Shown: positions 57,592 to 64,000 of the stretch, one piece after another
Position numbering within the stretch: the stretch's first letter is position 1
Layout of the letters: each line of letters opens with the position of its first letter
Source of the DNA: an uncultured Desulfosarcina sp.
GTDB lineage: Bacteria > Desulfobacterota > Desulfobacteria > Desulfobacterales > Desulfosarcinaceae
Direction of reading: 5' to 3'
DNA: 64,000 bases
NCBI GenBank assembly: GCA_963674945.2
Contig: CAXXWQ010000004.1
Coordinates: 3,008,001-3,072,000, forward strand
The notes under the pieces: generated by a model
Database searches by the model: none
What the model saw: only the letters and a program-made list of their open reading frames with translations
Told to the model about the DNA's origin: nothing
Program-made: the position numbers and the translations under genes

Positions 57592-58965
57592 TTACCGCCG
57601 ACCCATTTTTCGCAAATTTTGAACTGAGAAGAAGTCGTCCGGTATTTCGTTATACTCTTCGGGCGGAAAACCGTTAAAATACGTAAATGTAGCATAAAAC
57701 GCCACCTGGAAATCGAAGTGATGGTACTGGGTCTGGCGGAATACGGGAAAATCATAATATTCTTTTCCATGTGCCCATGACATTCGCCACAGGTTTCCGC
57801 GTTTGTCGTATTTGTCAATAACGGCAATCAGCCATGAGTCTTCATCCAGAAAATAGTGCCGTTTGCCGTAAAGATGCCGAGAACCTTCCTTAAGGGTCCC
57901 GATGACTTCCCATACCCGGTGAAGCTCCCAGCGAATCGGTTCCGGGTTGGGATGATGGGGGGTCATCATCGGTTCAAATTCCGGAAGCAATTCGATCTTG
58001 TAGGTGTTATAAGGTATGTACATCTCTTTTTTCCCGACCAATTTCCAATCAAACCGGTCGAGTTTGCCTTTCCACATCCACGATCCGTCACTGCAGCCGA
58101 TGCCGCCGGCAGAAGAATCGAGTCCGTCGTAAAACATGTTGGGGTTCCGGCGCACCCTACGCATTCCCGGTATATAGGACCAGCCGATCGCGTCATTTTT
58201 ACTGTAGTCTGCCGGGTCCATCATGAGATAGATTTCGCCTACACGGCCGGGCATATCCATTACAACGATTTTTCCATAGATATAGTCGGCCGGATCAAAT
58301 GGTTCATCACCTTCGGGTTTATGCAGAAAATAATCAGTTGCGTAGTTTATCGCATATTTGCCGCTTCCCTGCACAATCCCGCCACCATAAGTGCCTTTCA
58401 TATTTTTCGAGGGCCACGGTCTGTGAACCATATTCAGCATGGCCTCTGTACCGCTTTTGGGAATTGGAAACGGAAACCCGGCAACGAAATTGGTTACACT
58501 GCCGTATTCATCGATCACCTCTGCCGTCAAGGCGTTTTTATACGTTCCCTCATAGACGTGTTTGGTGTATGCGGCGGATCTTCTTGTTGGGTACACATGG
58601 ATCTTGAAGGTATCCGGGTATAGTTTGAACATGTTCGCCACACCAGCAGACAATTTGTCTTTATATTGCTCGACATTTTGTGCCGTAATGGTAAACAGGA
58701 TCTTGTCATCGGCAAACGGATCCGGATGGGGTAATCCGGATTTGGGCACATAGTCTATGCCTTCGGGAGTTTTAGAAAGTCCACCGGTCCAGGCAGGAAT
58801 GGTCCCCTCTTTGTTTCCCGCTATCTCACTTCCCATGGGGGTTAATTCTGTTTTCAGTCTCGCGGCCTCTTCAGCAGTCACTTTCGCCAGCGCCGGCATT
58901 GCGATACACACAAGCAGAATCGCCAACATCAAGGACAATGTGGTTCTACATACTGCATTGTTCAT
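57592..58965 (-). CDS. DUF1329 protein (AupB-like), copy 2
   Basis: AKVTAEEAARLK, IPAWTGG, YIPGMRRVRR, RWELHRVW, FLDEDSW; colinear with copy 1. Confidence 0.88.
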   Translation of the reverse strand: MNNAVCRTTLSLMLAILLVCIAMPALAKVTAEEAARLKTELTPMGSEIAGNKEGTIPAWTGGLSKTPEGIDYVPKSGLPHPDPFADDKILFTITAQNVEQYKDKLSAGVANMFKLYPDTFKIHVYPTRRSAAYTKHVYEGTYKNALTAEVIDEYGSVTNFVAGFPFPIPKSGTEAMLNMVHRPWPSKNMKGTYGGGIVQGSGKYAINYATDYFLHKPEGDEPFDPADYIYGKIVVMDMPGRVGEIYLMMDPADYSKNDAIGWSYIPGMRRVRRNPNMFYDGLDSSAGGIGCSDGSWMWKGKLDRFDWKLVGKKEMYIPYNTYKIELLPEFEPMMTPHHPNPEPIRWELHRVWEVIGTLKEGSRHLYGKRHYFLDEDSWLIAVIDKYDKRGNLWRMSWAHGKEYYDFPVFRQTQYHHFDFQVAFYATFTYFNGFPPEEYNEIPDDFFSVQNLRKMGRR

Positions 58966-59084
58966 AAAATACTCCTCTTCTCTTTTGCATCGATTAAAAC
59001 ACTGATTCGGTTTTTTTTCCGGGCTATGGCCAGAAATTCGAGCCGCCCGTTATGCGGGTGGCTGTTGACGCAATAATGCAAAAT

Positions 59085-59146
59085 ACCCCTCGATTGATAT
59101 GGGGGAGTAATTCCAATCGAGGGGTGATCTCTCTTGAGAGTAAATC
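59085..59146 (-). promoter_or_regulatory. Conserved structured leader motif, copy 2
   Basis: Hairpin ACCCCTCGATTG.../...CAATCGAGGGGT followed by GATCTCTCTTGAGAGTAAATC. Confidence 0.55.
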
Positions 59147-59210
59147 TTTATTGCTTTCTAAGGAAAATGATTCATTTAAAGATCGAAACCATTTCAACAA
59201 ATGAATCGCT

Positions 59211-59226
59211 ATCATAAATCATGCCA
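59211..59226 (-). promoter_or_regulatory. Putative sigma54 promoter of DUF1329 copy 2
   Basis: Minus strand TGGCATGATTTATGAT (GG-N10-GA); same spacing to the palindrome as in module 1. Confidence 0.5.
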
Positions 59227-59275
59227 ATTGTATTGTGGCTAAAATTTCAAGATGTTAAATTTTAACGAACACATA

Positions 59276-59316
59276 ATGATGCCATTTGACAAAAATGATT
59301 GGTCATATGGCATCAT
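59276..59316. promoter_or_regulatory. Palindromic operator/UAS, copy 2
   Basis: ATGATGCCATTTGAC-N11-GTCATATGGCATCAT; further half-sites at 59332-59341 and 60990-60999. Confidence 0.65.
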
Positions 59317-59385
59317 TTATGATAATAAGCTGCCATTTGACAATTTCATTCTTTTTTCTATCGATAACGTACCAGCGATATAAAT

Positions 59386-60966
59386 ATGCAGGTCATTGAT
59401 AAAAATCAGTTTTTCCGACAAGGCACCGTTCGTATTTGTGGCAGTCTGGACATCGATGAAGCGCTAAAATGCTGCTACGAGTATCTAACCCAAGTTATTC
59501 CCTGTACCGAAATAACTTTTGTGCAATACGATATAGAACTAAATGCATTCAGGATTGTGGCAACACTCAGAAATCATAGACGTTTCGTGGGGGATATCTC
59601 CATTTTGCCCTTGCAAAGCAAAAAATTATGGCAAGACCTTTTTAAGAAAAAGAAGGAAATCACTATCATTAACCAGCCGGATAGGATACCATTGTTTCGG
59701 TTTTTAAATAGAAGTTACGGTTTTGTTCTCGATTTATCTTGTATTATTTTGAGACTAAACATCAGCGGGCCCAGAATCGGTTTTTTCATCGTCGGCACAC
59801 AAGGTACCGACAAGTACACGAAAGCCCATGCCGATCTTGTTCATATCCTGCACCCCCCCCTGGCCATCTGCATGGCAAATGCACTCAAACATCAAGAGTT
59901 GATCCGTCTCAAGGATATTCTCAATGACAATAACCGTTTTTTACAATGCGAACTCAACAATCTGTCCGGCACGGAGATCATTGGTGCCGATGGCGGGTTG
60001 CGCCATGTCATGCAGATGGTACGGCAGGTGTCCCAACTTGACAGTCCGATTTTATTGGAAGGCGAAACCGGTGTCGGCAAAGGGCTGATCGCCAATACGC
60101 TCCACCGCATGTCCAAACGAAAGGAAGGTCCGTTTATCAGTGTCAATTGCGGCGCCATCCCGGACTCGCTTTTGGATAGTGAGTTGTTCGGGCATGAAAA
60201 GGGAGCATTCACAGGCGCAGTTGAGCAAAAGCGGGGACGTTTCGAGCGGGCGGACAAAGGGACGATCTTTCTCGATGAAGTCGGCGAACTGCCCCACCAG
60301 GCCCAGGTTCGACTTCTTCATGTCCTTCAAAACAGAGAAATTGAGCGAGTCGGCGGCACCCGAACCATTCCCGTGGATATTCGCATCATTTCGGCAACCA
60401 ATCGAAACCTGGAGGAAATGGTAAATGCCGGTAAATTCAGGAGAGACCTGTGGTATCGACTGAATGTTTTCCCGATTTCCATTCCGCCGCTGCGGCAGAG
60501 AAAGGAAGACATTCCGGCACTTGTCCATTATTTTACGGAAAAAAAATCCGTTGAACTGAAAAAGACGGAACAACCCGTCCTCGCGCCGGGAACCCTCAAC
60601 AGGCTTCTGGCCTACCATTGGCCTGGAAATGTCCGCGAACTGCAGAACGTCGTTGAACGGGCGCTGATCCAACACACCCAAGGCCCCTTACGGTTTACCG
60701 ATACGGACCCGTGGTCGGAAGGCAAGAACGAAGATACCCAGTACACAGATGTGCGAGGCCAACTGCTGTCGCTGGAAACGGCGACGTCTGTTCATATCCG
60801 GCGAGCGTTGGCGATTGCGAATGGAAAAATCAGCGGGCCTGGCGGGGCCGCCGAGTTGTTAACCGTCAATCCGAAGACGCTTCGAAAAAAGATGGACAAG
60901 CTGAAAATCCCTTACAAAAAAAAGGATGTTTCAGAAATTGGCCAAATATTTTCAACACCTGCGTAA
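59386..60966 (+). CDS. Sigma54-dependent enhancer-binding protein, copy 2
   Basis: Same architecture as copy 1; intact GAFTGA. Confidence 0.92.
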   Translation: MQVIDKNQFFRQGTVRICGSLDIDEALKCCYEYLTQVIPCTEITFVQYDIELNAFRIVATLRNHRRFVGDISILPLQSKKLWQDLFKKKKEITIINQPDRIPLFRFLNRSYGFVLDLSCIILRLNISGPRIGFFIVGTQGTDKYTKAHADLVHILHPPLAICMANALKHQELIRLKDILNDNNRFLQCELNNLSGTEIIGADGGLRHVMQMVRQVSQLDSPILLEGETGVGKGLIANTLHRMSKRKEGPFISVNCGAIPDSLLDSELFGHEKGAFTGAVEQKRGRFERADKGTIFLDEVGELPHQAQVRLLHVLQNREIERVGGTRTIPVDIRIISATNRNLEEMVNAGKFRRDLWYRLNVFPISIPPLRQRKEDIPALVHYFTEKKSVELKKTEQPVLAPGTLNRLLAYHWPGNVRELQNVVERALIQHTQGPLRFTDTDPWSEGKNEDTQYTDVRGQLLSLETATSVHIRRALAIANGKISGPGGAAELLTVNPKTLRKKMDKLKIPYKKKDVSEIGQIFSTPA

Positions 60967-61043
60967 TTTTACCGATGTGATAACAAGCTGCCATTCGACA
61001 AATTCATACCTTTTTCGATGGATAACGTACCGGCGATATAAAC

Positions 61044-62633
61044 ATGCAGGCCATTGATAAAAATCAGTTTTTCCGACAAGGCACCATTCGTATTTGTGGC
61101 AGTCTGGACATCGATGAAGCGCTAAAACGTTGCCACCAGTATTTAGTCCAAGTTATTCCCTGTACCGATATTAATTTTATACAATACGATCTGGAATTAA
61201 ATGTATTCAGGATCGTGGCTACACTTATAAATCATCGGCGTTTCGTGGGGATGGGGAATATCTCCATTATGCCCTTGGAAAGCAAAAAATTGTGGCAAGA
61301 TGTTTTTAAGCAAATGAAAGAAATCATCGTCATCAACCAGCCGGTTATGATACCGGTGTTTCGGTTTCTGAATAGAAGTTACGGATTTATGCTCGACTCA
61401 TCTTATATTGTGTTGAAATTAAGCATCAGCGGGCCCAGAATCGGTTTTTTCATCGTCGGCACACAAGGTACCGACAAGTACACGAAAGCCCATGCCGATC
61501 TTGTTCATATCCTGCACCCCCCCCTGGCCATCTGCATGGCAAATGCACTCAAACATCAAGAGTTGATCCGTCTCAAGGATATTCTCAATGACAATAACCG
61601 TTTTTTACAATGCGAACTCAACAATCTGTCCGGCACGGAGATCATTGGTGCCGATGGCGGGTTGCGCCATGTCATGCAGATGGTACGGCAGGTGTCCCAA
61701 CTTGACAGTCCGATTTTATTGGAAGGCGAAACCGGTGTCGGCAAAGGGCTGATCGCCAATACGCTCCACCGCATGTCCAAACGAAAGGAAGGTCCGTTTA
61801 TCAGTGTCAATTGCGGCGCCATCCCGGACTCGCTTTTGGATAGTGAGTTGTTCGGGCATGAAAAGGGAGCATTCACAGGCGCAGTTGAGCAAAAGCGGGG
61901 ACGTTTCGAGCGGGCGGACAAAGGGACGATCTTTCTCGATGAAGTCGGCGAACTGCCCCACCAGGCCCAGGTTCGACTTCTTCATGTCCTTCAAAACAGA
62001 GAAATTGAGCGAGTCGGCGGCACCCGAACCATTCCCGTAGATATTCGCATCATTTCGGCAACCAATCGAAACCTGGAGGAAATGGTAAATGCCGGTAAAT
62101 TCAGGAGAGACCTGTGGTATCGACTGAATGTTTTCCCGATTTCCATTCCGCCGCTGCGGCAGAGAAAGGAAGACATTCCGGCACTTGTCCATTATTTTAC
62201 GGAAAAAAAATCCGTTGAACTGAAAAAGACGGAACAACCCGTCCTCGCGCCGGGAACCCTCAACAGGCTTCTGGCCTACCATTGGCCTGGAAATGTCCGC
62301 GAACTGCAGAACGTCGTTGAACGGGCGCTGATCCAACACACCCAAGGCCCCTTACGGTTTACCGATACGGACCCGTGGTCGGAAGGCAAGAACGAAGATA
62401 CCCAGTACACAGATGCGCAAGGCCAACTGCTGTCGCTGGAAACGATGACGATTGTCCATATCCGGCGGGCGTTGGCGATTGCGAATAAAAAAGTCAGTGG
62501 CCCAAACGGGGCCGCTGATTTATTGGCCATCAACCCCAATACGCTTCGAAAAAAAATGGACAGGCTGAAAATCCCCTATAAAAAGAGAGGAGCCGGCCGG
62601 AGTCGGACGACCCCAAGATACAAAAAACATTAA
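61044..62633 (+). CDS. Sigma54-dependent enhancer-binding protein, copy 3
   Basis: Same architecture; 61424-62415 nearly identical to 59760-60751. Confidence 0.92.
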   Translation: MQAIDKNQFFRQGTIRICGSLDIDEALKRCHQYLVQVIPCTDINFIQYDLELNVFRIVATLINHRRFVGMGNISIMPLESKKLWQDVFKQMKEIIVINQPVMIPVFRFLNRSYGFMLDSSYIVLKLSISGPRIGFFIVGTQGTDKYTKAHADLVHILHPPLAICMANALKHQELIRLKDILNDNNRFLQCELNNLSGTEIIGADGGLRHVMQMVRQVSQLDSPILLEGETGVGKGLIANTLHRMSKRKEGPFISVNCGAIPDSLLDSELFGHEKGAFTGAVEQKRGRFERADKGTIFLDEVGELPHQAQVRLLHVLQNREIERVGGTRTIPVDIRIISATNRNLEEMVNAGKFRRDLWYRLNVFPISIPPLRQRKEDIPALVHYFTEKKSVELKKTEQPVLAPGTLNRLLAYHWPGNVRELQNVVERALIQHTQGPLRFTDTDPWSEGKNEDTQYTDAQGQLLSLETMTIVHIRRALAIANKKVSGPNGAADLLAINPNTLRKKMDRLKIPYKKRGAGRSRTTPRYKKH

Positions 62634-62795
62634 AATTCTGGCAAGGGAAGGCAGAAGCACCATGGCGCCAACCATGTTCCGCATCAACGGCGATGACGGG
62701 CAATGAGGCCACCTTGATGTCGATGCCCATTTTGGCCATCAGGGCCTCGTATCGCACGGAGGTGAGCACCAGAGGCGTGACAACGTATGTGGGCT
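62634..62795 (-). pseudogene. Internally deleted 3' fragment of an RND/MMPL transporter gene
   Basis: Translates VVTPLVLTSVRYEALMAKMGIDIKVASLPVIAV (intact RND: VVTPLAITSVLCEALMAQMGIGIKVATLPVIAV), joined directly to AGCACCATGGCGCCAACCATGTTCC, which also occurs near 43998-44022. Confidence 0.85.
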
Positions 62796-63120
62796 TCCTT
62801 GAATCCATGTATTTGAGATGATTTTTAAGGAAAGGATGATGGGTGGGAATCTACCTTAAAAAGCTGGCTTCAGGCTTCATCTGAATCATATTTCGTCCTT
62901 CCCGATGTGCTGGCAAGCATGGCCTGGTGAAAAGGCTACGTGAGGGTGGTCGTCGTCGGCCATAGTTCTTCTGTTTTAAGAGGATACCGCTCAATCGTGT
63001 CCCATGAGATTGAAAGCTCCCGTTTCATGGGCAATGGTTCCTCCAGCGTTTCCTACGCGCTCACTTCCTAAGGGGTTTCATTCATTTTGTTGATTTTACT
63101 ATTACATGTTCGATTATTGC

Positions 63121-63963
63121 TTACTCCTCATCAAATGCAGTCTCTTCCGCAACTTTCCGCCAAGCATTCACATCCGCTTTGACTATTTCCAGTTTCGTCT
63201 CGACAATTCTGATCGCATCGCTTCCCAACGGCAATCGCATGGGCGGGTTGTCACTCTCAACAGCTTGAATCATTGCCAGCGCCGCCTTGGCAGGGTCTCC
63301 TTTCTGTTTGCCATGCCCCGCCAAGGTATGTTTGATAATTGCACCACTTGTAGCGGTGTAGTCATCAATCACCGTATCCGTCCTGAAATAAGATGCTCGA
63401 AAATTGGTTCGGAACTCACCTGGTTCGACAATTGTAACCCGAATTCCCAATGGCTTGCCTTCTGCTGCGAGGACTTCGGACATTCCTTCCAGGGCAAATT
63501 TTGTAATACAGTAGACACCCACACCAGGGGCGCCGATAAAACCCGCCACGGAAGAGAGATTTAAAATATGGCCGCTTCTCTGGCTTCGCATAATCGGCAA
63601 CACGACGCGTGTCACGTCCAGGTGGCCAAAAAAGTTGACTTCAAACATTTCACGAACCGCATCATCGGTGACTTCTTCCAGGGCGCCCAACAAGCCGTGG
63701 CCTGCATTGTTGACCAATACATCGATTCGGCCAAATGCATCCATGGCGGCCTTTATGGCTTCACGAACCTCTGCTGGTTTGGTAATGTCAAGGCGAAGGC
63801 TTTTCATGACATCCGGAAAACGATCCGCGACATCCTTCAACGTTTCAGGTTTCCGTGCGGTGGCAACGACCTGATCGCCCTTTTTAAGCGCCGCTACTGT
63901 CAAAGCCCGTCCTATCCCTGTCGAGCAGCCGGTAATAAACCACGTTTTTTGATTATCAGCCAT
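63121..63963 (-). CDS. Classical SDR oxidoreductase
   Basis: WFITGCSTGIG, LVNNAG, NLSS, YCITK, VEPGEFRT. Confidence 0.9.
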   Translation of the reverse strand: MADNQKTWFITGCSTGIGRALTVAALKKGDQVVATARKPETLKDVADRFPDVMKSLRLDITKPAEVREAIKAAMDAFGRIDVLVNNAGHGLLGALEEVTDDAVREMFEVNFFGHLDVTRVVLPIMRSQRSGHILNLSSVAGFIGAPGVGVYCITKFALEGMSEVLAAEGKPLGIRVTIVEPGEFRTNFRASYFRTDTVIDDYTATSGAIIKHTLAGHGKQKGDPAKAALAMIQAVESDNPPMRLPLGSDAIRIVETKLEIVKADVNAWRKVAEETAFDEE

Positions 63964-64000
63964 AATCGATTTCCTTTAGTCCAAATAGTCAGGCGATTGC

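Noticed and set aside
62810..63110. Possible further gene remnant between the RND relic and the SDR
   Set aside because: Only short ORFs, with no similarity I can recognise.

Overview
Bacterial chromosomal window. The gene content (many sigma54 activators, PAS kinases, a glycyl radical enzyme, a PsrA/PhsA-like Mo enzyme) suggests an anaerobic Desulfobacterota-type organism; this is an inference. Four blocks are visible. (1) 1-6.5 kb: partial sulfotransferase, orphan OmpR-type regulator, ATP-grasp ligase plus HNH nuclease, a small palindromic MITE/REP-like element and two sensor kinases. (2) 6.6-32.8 kb: a large surface-glycan locus with gmd, wzm/wzt, four GT-B glycosyltransferases, two methyltransferases, two acyltransferase-3 proteins, PAPS-type sulfotransferases, an arylsulfotransferase, and a GT2/YfhO x2/EamA/GNAT/PIG-L lipid-carrier modification module. 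(3) 33-43.8 kb: pabA, pabB-pabC fusion, PNPOx-like gene, an intact IS4 with a 10-bp TSD, yajD, a stand-alone Tat-less molybdopterin oxidoreductase and fadH. (4) 43.9-64 kb, the most interesting part: a sigma54-controlled operon for a glycyl radical enzyme with a non-canonical GCVN Cys loop and no activase in the window, followed by an SDR and a DUF1302/DUF1329/BNR/RND (AupAB-like) hydrophobic-substrate transport set. Around it are three paralogous enhancer-binding proteins, a second DUF1329 module with the same palindromic operator, a shared structured leader motif, and an internally deleted RND relic. Product calls come from motif recognition only; no searches were run.
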